DNA of 64,000 nucleotides from IMG/VR virus record IMGVR_UViG_3300023174_000062; one strand, 5' to 3'. The stretch's first letter is position 1. Each line of letters begins with the position of its first letter. The notes below the pieces were generated by a model. That model worked only from the letters and a program-made list of their open reading frames with translations, made no database searches and was not told the origin of the DNA. Origin of the DNA: a virus. Both the position numbers and the translations under genes were made by a program. This document shows, in pieces, positions 1 through 9,713 of the stretch.

Positions 1-1
1 G

Positions 2-844
2 CCGCATAAAGCGATTGAAGCATTAGCACAAAGGTCTTGTTCTAAATCAAAATTCTTTTTGTTCTTTGAGAGATTTTTTCCTGTAGTTGGAACATATGCC
101 GATGGTAAACCATTCGCATCGACACATTTTTTTGGAAGTTACGATAAGTTAGTAGAAGATTCTAACATAGGCGGTGTTCATAATGTAATTTATAGTCCAA
201 ATGATGACGCTAAAATAGAACCAAGTTATATTCGAACTAAGAGACTAACAAAAAAAGATAACTTCAATCATTTGGAGATGATGCTATTTGGACATTACAA
301 TACCACAATCACATCTCTTGATCCAATCAAAAGGAATTCTACAGTAACTAATATTGGATATTCAAGAGAAGACAATGACACTAAAGATTTTTATACAAAC
401 AAACTTATAGATAAAAATAACATTTTTAACACCTACAATAATAATGATGGGGAAACTCCAGGAAGAAAATTAATATTCTCTTCTTCATATTTCAATGATC
501 CTATTCAAAGAAGTTCTTGGCTGAAAGATAATATCTTTGGTAGTTTATCAAAAAGCATGTTTAAGGTAGAAGTTGATATTCAAGGTGCGACAAACAATAT
601 TGGCGCTGGACATATTGTCAACCTTGTAATTCCCAGTTCGCTAGATAAAAAAATGTTACCTGGACAATCAAATCTTCTTACCGATGAATATCATAGTGGC
701 AGATATTTTGTGTCTGGAGTTAAACATAATATCACACTCACATCATATATCAAAAGATTAGAATTATCAAGAGGTTCAATTCCTATGGATTTTAATAAAA
801 ATGATTTGACAGCAAAAGATTTGTCGGAACTAAGATACATTTAA
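2..844 (+). CDS. Baseplate hub/tail protein (gp27/GPD-like), 5'-truncated by window edge
   Basis: Frame is open from position 2 (PHKAIEALAQRSC...); C-terminal SGRYFVSGVKHNI..IKRLELSR resembles hub-protein C-termini; lies upstream of gp5/gp25/gp6. Confidence 0.5.
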   Translation, partial: PHKAIEALAQRSCSKSKFFLFFERFFPVVGTYADGKPFASTHFFGSYDKLVEDSNIGGVHNVIYSPNDDAKIEPSYIRTKRLTKKDNFNHLEMMLFGHYNTTITSLDPIKRNSTVTNIGYSREDNDTKDFYTNKLIDKNNIFNTYNNNDGETPGRKLIFSSSYFNDPIQRSSWLKDNIFGSLSKSMFKVEVDIQGATNNIGAGHIVNLVIPSSLDKKMLPGQSNLLTDEYHSGRYFVSGVKHNITLTSYIKRLELSRGSIPMDFNKNDLTAKDLSELRYI

Positions 845-860
845 CTAAAGGTTATTTCAA

Positions 861-1817
861 ATGAGTTTAAAAATTAAATTCTCAGAATTTTTAGAGTTGA
901 AAGACTACAAGGCGTATGAACTTGTAGAAAAACAAATTCTATACAACAATGGCAAAAAATATGGACAAATTGTCTTTCTTGCTGGTGGTGCAGGTTCGGG
1001 TAAAGGTTTTGCAATTCAACATTTCATGCAAGGGTCTGACTTTAAAATCCGTGACGTTGACGAAATGAAAATTGCGTTTCAGAAGTTAGATGCACTTGGC
1101 AAATTCACGACTCAAGATTTACTCGACAAATATGGCGATAAAATTTCTCAGAAAGATAAAGACCTAATTCAAAAAGAATTAATTGATGCGAATGTAAAGA
1201 TGAGTGAATTGAATCTTAAGACTCCAACTCATGTTTATATTCTACACATTCTTGTTCGTGCTACTGGCGCAAAAGACAAAACGTTAGACTTGTTGCTTGC
1301 TGGCGCTGAAAAGGGGCAGTTACCAAATCTTATTTTCGACAGCACATTCAAAGAAGTTGAAGACATGACAAATGTTTTACCAAAATTGTTTGCCGCTGGA
1401 TATCAACCAAAAGACATTCATGTATCTTGGGTTCTGACTAACTATCAGATTGCAATAACAAATAATAAAAAAAGAGCAAGAGTTGTGCCAGAAGATATTT
1501 TACTTGCTACTCACGCAGGTGCGGCACAGACTGTATATGCTTTAGTGACAAAAGCAATGCCACCAGAAGTGCAAGGTGGTGTTTATGTCATCCTAAATAA
1601 TCCAGAGAATACAATTTTCATTGTCGATCCAAAAACAAATAAAGCATACAAAGACAAGAAAGGTAATCCTGTTATTAAAGATTTTAAATATTTGACTCTT
1701 AAAGAACCAGGAAAACCAGCAAAGACAGAACTTGATGTAAAAAAACAATTGCTAACATGGATACGTGATAACGTTCCTCCTGGTGCAGTAGATACATCAG
1801 AATTGGACAGACTATGA
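861..1817 (+). CDS. P-loop NTPase/kinase (zeta-toxin/AAA_33-like)
   Basis: Walker A IVFLAGGAGSGKG; NLIFDST Walker-B-like strand; NKKRARVVP lid-like motif. Confidence 0.7.
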   Translation: MSLKIKFSEFLELKDYKAYELVEKQILYNNGKKYGQIVFLAGGAGSGKGFAIQHFMQGSDFKIRDVDEMKIAFQKLDALGKFTTQDLLDKYGDKISQKDKDLIQKELIDANVKMSELNLKTPTHVYILHILVRATGAKDKTLDLLLAGAEKGQLPNLIFDSTFKEVEDMTNVLPKLFAAGYQPKDIHVSWVLTNYQIAITNNKKRARVVPEDILLATHAGAAQTVYALVTKAMPPEVQGGVYVILNNPENTIFIVDPKTNKAYKDKKGNPVIKDFKYLTLKEPGKPAKTELDVKKQLLTWIRDNVPPGAVDTSELDRL

Positions 1818-2044
1818 AATTTAAAGAGTTTATTAAAGGCACTACACTCTCACAAGAAGAGTGGGAAGAAGAAGTTTTTGGTGCAGAATTAACTGAAGTA
1901 CTTAAACAAGTTGATGGCAAATGGGCGTTAGTTTCTAAAAAGACAGGCAAGCCATTGCGTTACTACAAAGGTGAAGGTAAACCATCAGATGAATGGGTTA
2001 CAAACCAAGAGAGACAAATTCAATACTTTAAACACTTGGGATAA
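1814..2044 (+). CDS. Small hypothetical protein, possible head-internal protein
   Basis: ATGA overlap with upstream ORF; MKFKEFI N-terminus. Confidence 0.6.
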   Translation: MKFKEFIKGTTLSQEEWEEEVFGAELTEVLKQVDGKWALVSKKTGKPLRYYKGEGKPSDEWVTNQERQIQYFKHLG

Positions 2045-2620
2045 TTGATGAAGAATTTTATTGGGCAAGATGGATTTGTTTGGTGGATTGGAATCGTTGA
2101 AAACATTGACGATCCATTGACGCTAGGCAGATGCAAAGTGAGATGCTTTGGATATCATCCAGCAAAGAAGGCTGGACTTATTCCAACTGAAGATTTACCT
2201 TGGACAACATCAATACATCCTGCGAATACACCAAATTTATATGGTGCACCTAAACTAGGTGATTGGGTTTTTGGATTCTTCTTAGATTCTTTATCTGCAC
2301 AAGAGCCAGCGATTCTTGGATACTTGCCAGCAATACCTGAAGCCGCATCGGAATATTTTGGTACTGCTCCAAGTATGACTAGAAACTTTGCGACTGTTAC
2401 TGAGAAGAATTCTGTTGTTTGGAATACAAATGATGATAAAATTACTATGTCAACAAATACTAATTTTAGACTTCATGGAAACACAGAATTGCGATTCTCC
2501 GACGGATTGAATAACACAACACTTAATGAATTGATTGAGAGAATAAAAGCATTGGAAGATAAGAACAAACTGCAAGACATTGAAATTGCTGTTGCTAAGA
2601 CCCTACCAGTGGCTCAATAA
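2045..2620 (+). CDS. gp5: Baseplate hub/spike gp5 N-terminal OB-fold protein (short, no lysozyme domain)
   Basis: GFVWWIGIVENIDDPLTLGRCKVRCFGYH...LPW...GDWVFGFFLD..AQEPAILG is the gp5 OB-domain signature. Confidence 0.85.
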   Translation: MMKNFIGQDGFVWWIGIVENIDDPLTLGRCKVRCFGYHPAKKAGLIPTEDLPWTTSIHPANTPNLYGAPKLGDWVFGFFLDSLSAQEPAILGYLPAIPEAASEYFGTAPSMTRNFATVTEKNSVVWNTNDDKITMSTNTNFRLHGNTELRFSDGLNNTTLNELIERIKALEDKNKLQDIEIAVAKTLPVAQ

Positions 2621-2644
2621 GGTTAATATCATAGGCTACACAGT

Positions 2645-2673
2645 AGTGTAACACTATGTCAAGCGAATGTCAA
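2645..2673 (-). promoter_or_regulatory. Antisense sigma70-type promoter TTGACA-N17-TACACT
   Basis: Minus strand reads TTGACA ttcgc TTGACA tagtgt TACACT; extended -10 TG present. Confidence 0.55.
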
Positions 2674-2691
2674 CATTTATAAGGAAATAAC

Positions 2692-2877
2692 ATGACGAAT
2701 CACGAAAATTTAGTAAATTTATTTGAATCATATCTTGCAGAGAATGCAAAGTTTGAGGAAAAAGGCAATAAAGCCGCTGGCACTAGAGCAAGAAAAGCAT
2801 TAGCAGAATTAAGTAAAGCAACAAAAGAACGCAGAAAAGAAATTCAAGATGCCAAAACGGCAGAACAAGCGACATAA
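2692..2877 (+). CDS. Histone H1-like (Hc1-family) small basic protein
   Basis: KFEEKGNKAAGTRARKAL.ELSK..KERRKEI matches the Hc1 family core; SD AAGGA upstream. Confidence 0.75.
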   Translation: MTNHENLVNLFESYLAENAKFEEKGNKAAGTRARKALAELSKATKERRKEIQDAKTAEQAT

Positions 2878-2890
2878 ATAAAAGAAAAAA

Positions 2891-3274
2891 ATGGCAGATA
2901 TCGCATTCTTCAAAGACTTAAGTTTAGATTTCACCCCACATCCGGTGAGTGGTGACGTTCGCCCTGTTATAAATGAAGTCGCAATCAAAAGATCAATAAT
3001 CAATTTGATTCGAACTAAAAAAGGAACTAGACCTTTTAATCCGTTTTATGGATGTAATTTAAGTGACTATCTTTTTGCATATGAGCCTGGTTTCACCGAA
3101 TTCAACATGAAAAAAGAAATAACTGACGCCATCTCAAGGCATGAGCCTAGAGTTATTGTTAATCAAATAGACGTTAAATATGAAGAATACGGAATCACAT
3201 TAAACATACAGTATATTATAAAGAACATTAATAGAGTAGGTTCTATCACAACATCGTTAGCAAGGGCGGCATAA
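2891..3274 (+). CDS. gp25: Baseplate wedge subunit gp25
   Basis: FKDLSLDF..HP..GD, AIKRSIINL..T..G.RPFNP.YGC, HEPRV motifs; upstream of gp6. Confidence 0.92.
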   Translation: MADIAFFKDLSLDFTPHPVSGDVRPVINEVAIKRSIINLIRTKKGTRPFNPFYGCNLSDYLFAYEPGFTEFNMKKEITDAISRHEPRVIVNQIDVKYEEYGITLNIQYIIKNINRVGSITTSLARAA

Positions 3275-3275
3275 A

Positions 3276-5093
3276 ATGGCCATAGACAATAATTTAAGAA
3301 TAGATGAACTTAATTTTGAAGGTATCAAAGATAACTTCAAAAGATACTTACAAGCACAGGATCAATTCAGAGATTATAACTTTGATGGCTCTGGTATGTC
3401 CGTTCTTTTGGACATGTTAGCATATAACACATACTACAATTCATTCTATCTTAACATGGTAGCGTCTGAGGCGTTTCTTACTACAGCACAAAAAAGAAAC
3501 TCTGTTGTAAATTTAGCGAACTCTTTAAACTATTTGCCTAGATCAACATCGTCTGCAACTATCACTGGAACGCTATTACTCAGCGTGACTGGATCGCCAG
3601 GAAGTGTTTCGGTTCCAGAATACACACAATTCAATGGTATCATTGATGGTGTCACATATCGATTCTCTAATGTTGAAGCAAAAACACTCTTCTCTAATTC
3701 TGGCGTTTTTTCTGACACAATCACACTAACAGAAGGTTCTTTAGTTGCAACACGATATACCGTAAATAGTGCTGATGCCGATCAAAGATTTTTGATTCCA
3801 AATACAAAAATAGACACAACAACAATAACTGTTACAGTTTTGAATTCTGCTGTTGACAGCACAACAAGAACTTTTACTAGGTCTACAAATTTAGTTGAAT
3901 TGACTTCAACTTCTCAAGTTTATTTCTTGCAAGAAGCAGAAGATGGCCAATACGAATTAAAATTCGGAGACGGAACATTTGGTAAGTCTTTAGACAACGG
4001 AAACATTGTTGTTATTCGATATCTTGTTTCGAATGGAAAACTTGGAAATGATATTTTAAATCTAACATTTGCAGATTCCATTACGGGTGTCACTGGCGCA
4101 GTATTTACTGCCAATGATCCAGCCGCAGGTGGAGATGATAGAGAATCTACAGCACAAATTAAATTCAATGCACCAAAGACATATGAAGCGCAGAATCGTG
4201 CAGTAACTGCTGAAGACTATAGAGCATTGTTACTGAGCCAAGCCACAGTTGAATCTGTTGTTGTTTGGGGTGGTGAAGACAATGATCCTCCAACATATGG
4301 TAAAGTGTTTATTGCTATCAAGCCAACAAGCGGTTCTGTGTTAACTGCTACTGAAAAATTAAACTTAGTAAACTCCGTTATCAAACCTAAAAAAGTTTTA
4401 ACAGTACAGACGGAAATTGTTGATCCAGAATATTTGTATATTACTGTTAATGCGACTGTAAAGTATGATGCAAAGAAAACATCAATATCATCGGACACAA
4501 TCTCTGGATTAGTTGTAGATACTATCACAGCATACAATCTTTCAGACATTAGTAAATTTGGAACATATTTTAGATATTCAAAACTATCAAGACTAATTGA
4601 TGTGTCAGAAAAATCAATTTTAAACAACGATACTGTAATAACAATCAAAAAAGAAATTGACGTTCAGTTAGGACAAGCCGTAAGATACGAAGTCGGCTTT
4701 TCAAATGCACTAGACGATACTACACGAAATAGGTCTACGACATACGCATATGGCGATGGAAATAAAATAACGTCCAACAGATTCACATATCTTGGATACG
4801 ATAACTGCTACTTAGAAGATAACGCAGGCCTATTAAGAATTTACAGATTGGAAGCAACTGGAAATATTGGCGTGTTAAATAATGCTGGTACTGTAAACTA
4901 TGATACAGGTAAAGTTGTCATAACAAACTTTGCGCCGTCTGCATTTTTTGACGGCACAAGTAAACTTAAATTAACTGCAACACCAAAGAACAAAGATATT
5001 TTGCCACTAAGAAATCAAATCTTAACAATAAGAGATACTGATATTTCAGTAACTATGGTTGACGATAACTCTATTAGTTTAGTTAGCAGATAA
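3276..5093 (+). CDS. gp6: Baseplate wedge subunit gp6
   Basis: LNFEGIKDNFK.YL..Q..F.DYNFDGSG.SVLLD.LAYNTYY; QNRAVTAEDY; VWGGEDNDPP.YGKVFI. Confidence 0.95.
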   Translation: MAIDNNLRIDELNFEGIKDNFKRYLQAQDQFRDYNFDGSGMSVLLDMLAYNTYYNSFYLNMVASEAFLTTAQKRNSVVNLANSLNYLPRSTSSATITGTLLLSVTGSPGSVSVPEYTQFNGIIDGVTYRFSNVEAKTLFSNSGVFSDTITLTEGSLVATRYTVNSADADQRFLIPNTKIDTTTITVTVLNSAVDSTTRTFTRSTNLVELTSTSQVYFLQEAEDGQYELKFGDGTFGKSLDNGNIVVIRYLVSNGKLGNDILNLTFADSITGVTGAVFTANDPAAGGDDRESTAQIKFNAPKTYEAQNRAVTAEDYRALLLSQATVESVVVWGGEDNDPPTYGKVFIAIKPTSGSVLTATEKLNLVNSVIKPKKVLTVQTEIVDPEYLYITVNATVKYDAKKTSISSDTISGLVVDTITAYNLSDISKFGTYFRYSKLSRLIDVSEKSILNNDTVITIKKEIDVQLGQAVRYEVGFSNALDDTTRNRSTTYAYGDGNKITSNRFTYLGYDNCYLEDNAGLLRIYRLEATGNIGVLNNAGTVNYDTGKVVITNFAPSAFFDGTSKLKLTATPKNKDILPLRNQILTIRDTDISVTMVDDNSISLVSR

Positions 5094-5095
5094 AA

Positions 5096-8000
5096 ATGTC
5101 AGAATCTAAATTCAAGCCATCGTTTGGCGTAGAAACATTACTTTCCGGAGACCTGGCAACAGAATCCGAAAAGTTTTTGTTGTTTATGAAAGCATACTAT
5201 GAATGGATGCAAACAACAAAATTAGATGTTACAAATCAGACTGGCACCTTTGTTCGTGGTGAAACTATTATTGGTTCATCTGGCGCAACAGCAGTAATCA
5301 AACAAATCAATGGTAGTGAAATCATTGTACAAGTTGACACTAGACTACCATTCAGTATACACGAAGTAATTACAGGACAAACTTCAGCCGCAACGGCTGA
5401 GATATCTTTCGTTAAAGATAACGTTGTTCGTAAAACAGGAAAATTATTAGAGTATCGCAATGTAGAAACGTCTATCGACACATACATTGACTATTTGAAG
5501 GATGAATTATATCCTAGTATTCCAATAACGTACTATGGCGATAAGCGAGTAATTGCATCTAAGTTTAGAGAATTCTTTCAATCTAAGAGTAATGAAGATT
5601 CTTATCGATTTATTTTCAAGTTATTGTATGATGACAATATTGACTTTTACTATCCAGGAACTGATATTATTCGTGTCTCTTCTGGTAAGTTTGAAAAGAC
5701 GCAGGTCATTAGAACTGCCGCATCTGCATATGGATACAATGCGTTAGGTAATCTTTTCACTAGAGATATTTTCTTATTCTTAAATAAAACTATTCGTGGA
5801 AGAACTACGGGTTTTCTTGCGAACGTAGTAGACATTAAGAAATTCTTTATTGGATCCAGAGAAGTTGCTGAGATGACATTGAAACTTGTCAGCGGCTCGT
5901 TTGTTGGCGGTGAAGAGATTTTCGATATTACCGATGAGAATTTATTTACAAATCTTTTTGGCATTGTATCTCAAGTTAACGTTATTGATGGTGGTTCAGG
6001 ATACAGAGATGGTGACGTTATCACTATTTCTGGTGATGGTTCAGAAGCACAAGCAAAAGTTATTTCGATTAAAGAATCGCCAATTAGTGCGTTAAAAGTA
6101 AATACTCTTGGACATGGATATCAATTAAACACTTTTGCAACAGTAGACAATACTGATACTGGTGGTTCTGGATTCATTGTTCAAGTTACTGGAATTGCAA
6201 ATACATACGTAGTAACTTCAGGCGCAAACACATATACTGTTGGTGAAGTTTCAGAAGTTTCTGTTATCAACAGAGGTGAAGGTTACTTTAAGAAACCTGT
6301 CATCACATTACAAGACACTCCGATTGCGGCTCTAGGACTATTATCTGATAAATTAATTACGATAAGCAATGCTGGTTCTAACTATGGAGTTGGAAACACT
6401 TTAATCTTTACGGGTGGTTCTGGCGCAAATGCAGCCGGTCAAATTGCATCCGTTGTAGAGAGTACAACATTCGATTTGCTATTTGAAGATGGTCAACGAA
6501 TGACTGCTGACGGCAGTTATTACGACATTGTTAAAAATGAAGATTGGTCAGTAAAGGGTCCAATCAAGCGTATTGAGTTAACTAATTTTGGTACTGGATA
6601 TCAAACTGGTAATCTACCAACAATCACAATCAATACGACAACTGGTGCTGGCGCTAGTCTAATTGCAACAAACGTTCAAGGTAAAAGCGCAAACGTTACT
6701 GTAGACACATCAAACAACATTACTGGTATCGGTTCGATTCGTGCTGTTGAAGTTACAAATTTTGGTATCAACTATACTACAGCAAGTGCCTTTGCAAATA
6801 CATTGGGCGATGGCAATGCAGTATTGAGTCCTGTTGTTTCTGGTCTTGGTGTCAGAGAAGGTATTTGGTTAGATGATGAAGGTAAAGTTGATTACAAAGT
6901 TATTCAAGACTCATACTACTATCAAGATTACTCTTATGTTATTAAGAGTGGTTTAACATTCCAAACATACGCAGACACACTAAAACAAATTGTTCACCCT
7001 GCCGGTTTACAATTCTTCGGTGAGATTCAGATTCTTAATGAAATGGATCTTCATTCCGATTTGGTATCTCAACTACAGAAATACAGAATTGCGTTTGCTG
7101 GTTTAGCGATATCTGTTGGTATCACACACGTAGATTCACACATCAGATGGAAGTTCATAATTGAAGAGCCTCCAATGAATACTGTGACGGCTAAAGCAGA
7201 TGGAAGAATGACTCTATTTGCCGGACCTTCTACTACAAATGCACAAATTGAATACACGAAGTTGGCATTGCAGTATTTGATAAATGGTACAAACAATGTA
7301 ACTATAGACAATTCTTCTAATGCGATAACAGAAGAATTGAGCATCACACGTCCGCCATCAGTAGTAAATCTGTATCGTAGAAATATGACAGATTTGGAGT
7401 TGGGCGAATTGTCTGCATCTACGCTGAATGGCATAATTCCTCAGAGTATCTATGAAGGATCACAAAGAGCGTACAGTAATTCGAATTTTAATTCGATATA
7501 TTCAAACTACGCTAGATTCTATCAAGAAACAATAAAGAAGTTGCGTACTGTACCAACTACGTCAGTATCAACGCCTGATGCACATGAATATAAATTAGTT
7601 AACCATGCTAAACGCATTAAGCAGGTACAAGAAGTTGTTATAGACGATTGGCAAAATTTAACTTTATCTTCTAGACAGAATACAAATTTTGAATTTGTTT
7701 TAGTTACACCAGAAAGTTTAGTTGATGCAAATACAACTATATCTGTCGTTGGGTCTGGTGCAAAAGCATCCTCAAAATTTACAAACAAATATTCAACAAT
7801 TGGACTTCACAGAGTTCAATTTCAAGATTTATTAGTTGGTGAAGCACAAGATCAAAAATTTAGTGACTATACTCTACAAAGCGTATACGAAGGCACACCA
7901 ATCACTAATGGTAATTCTACTGTTGAAGATATCTATGTAAACTATCAAAGAACATTTACTAGAGCAATTAAAACGTTTAGTCCTGGTTTAGCAGTAGCGA

Positions 8001-9595
8001 CATTAAATTCCAATCAAGAATATAAATTAGTCAATCATGCAAGGCGTTTAAAACAAGTTCAAGAGGTAATTCTAGACGATTGGCAAAACTTAACTCTGTC
8101 TTCAAGACAAAACATCACACTTGATTTCTTCTTGATATCTGGAGATGGTTCGACTGATGCAAACGTACCAGTTGACGTTGTTTCATCTGCCATTAATACT
8201 GCCAAGAAAGATACAAGCAAAAACGCTACAATCGGAATTCACAGAATAATATTCCAAGACTTGGCTGTTGGTGAAGCACAGGATAGAAAATTAACAGACT
8301 ACACATTACAGAGTATATACGAAGGCACACCAGTAGATAATCAAAGTCGTACATTCGAAGATATCTACATAAATTATCAAAGAACATACACTAGAGCAAT
8401 AAAGACATTTAGTGCTGGTTTGGCAGTAACAACATTAAATTCCAATCAAGAATATAAACTAGTTAATCACGCAAAGCGTTTGATTCGTTATCAAGAAAAG
8501 TTCTTGGATGAATATGCTAATGTTCAAATTTCATTCGTTGGAACTAATACATTAGAAGAATCTCTGTTGAAGCCAGAAGACTTGGCTGATATGCATTTGA
8601 ATGTGACTACAGTTGCCGCTAATAACTATACATTGAAAGTTAATACAAGTACCAATATTACTCCGTTGTATAAGAGAATATTGCAAGATGTATCGTTAGC
8701 CGAAGTTGCTGATAAAAAACTTACTGCATTGTTACCACAAAGTGAGTATGAAGCAACATCACCAACGTTTGATATTTCTAACTTTGGTTCATTGTATTCT
8801 AACTTGCCAAGTGTAAAAGGCGAGTTGATTAAGACTAGAATCACTCAACCTACTGAAATTTTTGCCGTTACTTCAAATACCGCAATTGTTATACCGTTTG
8901 AAGGAAATGGTTTTAAATATACAGTATATGACGAGGAAGTTATTTCAGGATATGGTGCATCACCAATTTCATCATTAGAAGAAATTCAATTTGATACATA
9001 CAAAAATACAGTATACGACAAGACAATTAAAGCATCTCCATCTCCGCTTGCAAGTGGTCAATCCAATCCTTGGGGACGAAGAGGCAGAACAAATCCTACC
9101 GATGTGTTCCGAGATGAAATTATTGTTAAATCACAGAGTGTTCCTTCTGCATATGCAACAACATATGGTGACGTAAGACTTTTAACTATTCCAAATTTGA
9201 CGTTCAATGATATTATTCCTGGAACTCAAGACATTATCAGCATACAATATTTTGATAAAACATATCCTCAGGCGCCAATAACTTCAGGAACATATATACA
9301 GTATCAAAAGGCTAGTGGTACAGTAGCATCTAGCACTTCATTGTACTATGATTTACCTATGTCAATTTACGAGTTAACGCCAGTGTCTTTTGTATATGAT
9401 ACAGAACTTTCACGCACGGCATCATTGATTACTGGTACAGGTACAAATTTTGTATCGGACTTTAGTATAGGTAGCGCATTTGTTGCAAATAATGAGTATT
9501 TTGCGACTGAGAGTGTAGCAAATACGACATTTATGGTTGCCGACAGGCTTCCAATAAATCCGTTTAGTGGAGTTAGTGCATACAAAATGATATAA
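5096..9595 (+). CDS. Baseplate wedge initiator gp7-like protein with large repeat insertion
   Basis: FMKAYYEW N-terminus; IQDSYYYQDYSYVIKS..HPAG.QFFGE motif; located between gp6 and gp8. Confidence 0.7.
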   Translation: MSESKFKPSFGVETLLSGDLATESEKFLLFMKAYYEWMQTTKLDVTNQTGTFVRGETIIGSSGATAVIKQINGSEIIVQVDTRLPFSIHEVITGQTSAATAEISFVKDNVVRKTGKLLEYRNVETSIDTYIDYLKDELYPSIPITYYGDKRVIASKFREFFQSKSNEDSYRFIFKLLYDDNIDFYYPGTDIIRVSSGKFEKTQVIRTAASAYGYNALGNLFTRDIFLFLNKTIRGRTTGFLANVVDIKKFFIGSREVAEMTLKLVSGSFVGGEEIFDITDENLFTNLFGIVSQVNVIDGGSGYRDGDVITISGDGSEAQAKVISIKESPISALKVNTLGHGYQLNTFATVDNTDTGGSGFIVQVTGIANTYVVTSGANTYTVGEVSEVSVINRGEGYFKKPVITLQDTPIAALGLLSDKLITISNAGSNYGVGNTLIFTGGSGANAAGQIASVVESTTFDLLFEDGQRMTADGSYYDIVKNEDWSVKGPIKRIELTNFGTGYQTGNLPTITINTTTGAGASLIATNVQGKSANVTVDTSNNITGIGSIRAVEVTNFGINYTTASAFANTLGDGNAVLSPVVSGLGVREGIWLDDEGKVDYKVIQDSYYYQDYSYVIKSGLTFQTYADTLKQIVHPAGLQFFGEIQILNEMDLHSDLVSQLQKYRIAFAGLAISVGITHVDSHIRWKFIIEEPPMNTVTAKADGRMTLFAGPSTTNAQIEYTKLALQYLINGTNNVTIDNSSNAITEELSITRPPSVVNLYRRNMTDLELGELSASTLNGIIPQSIYEGSQRAYSNSNFNSIYSNYARFYQETIKKLRTVPTTSVSTPDAHEYKLVNHAKRIKQVQEVVIDDWQNLTLSSRQNTNFEFVLVTPESLVDANTTISVVGSGAKASSKFTNKYSTIGLHRVQFQDLLVGEAQDQKFSDYTLQSVYEGTPITNGNSTVEDIYVNYQRTFTRAIKTFSPGLAVATLNSNQEYKLVNHARRLKQVQEVILDDWQNLTLSSRQNITLDFFLISGDGSTDANVPVDVVSSAINTAKKDTSKNATIGIHRIIFQDLAVGEAQDRKLTDYTLQSIYEGTPVDNQSRTFEDIYINYQRTYTRAIKTFSAGLAVTTLNSNQEYKLVNHAKRLIRYQEKFLDEYANVQISFVGTNTLEESLLKPEDLADMHLNVTTVAANNYTLKVNTSTNITPLYKRILQDVSLAEVADKKLTALLPQSEYEATSPTFDISNFGSLYSNLPSVKGELIKTRITQPTEIFAVTSNTAIVIPFEGNGFKYTVYDEEVISGYGASPISSLEEIQFDTYKNTVYDKTIKASPSPLASGQSNPWGRRGRTNPTDVFRDEIIVKSQSVPSAYATTYGDVRLLTIPNLTFNDIIPGTQDIISIQYFDKTYPQAPITSGTYIQYQKASGTVASSTSLYYDLPMSIYELTPVSFVYDTELSRTASLITGTGTNFVSDFSIGSAFVANNEYFATESVANTTFMVADRLPINPFSGVSAYKMI
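7370..8860 (+). repeat. About 3.5 tandem ~144-aa (432-nt) repeats inside the gp7-like ORF
   Basis: EYKLVNHA codons at 7586, 8018, 8450 (432-nt period); QSxYE at 7442, 7877, 8309, 8738. Confidence 0.9.
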
Positions 9596-9656
9596 AAATA
9601 TCAAACTAAATATGTCACTATCACCAAACAAATTAACAAATTACAGAAAAATCTTG

Positions 9657-9664
9657 TATAAATA
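9657..9664 (+). promoter_or_regulatory. T4-type late promoter TATAAATA
   Basis: Exact consensus in the intergenic gap upstream of gp8. Confidence 0.75.
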
Positions 9665-9713
9665 AGTGAATGAAAAACAACTTTAAATACAGTATTCAAA
9701 AGGAGAAAACCCC

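Noticed and set aside
861-2044. Epsilon-zeta toxin-antitoxin pair
   Set aside because: The small ORF is downstream and not epsilon-like, and the context is a late structural module
7370-8860. CRISPR array or non-coding repeat
   Set aside because: Repeats are in-frame 432-nt protein repeats with synonymous divergence; no short repeat-spacer structure or cas genes
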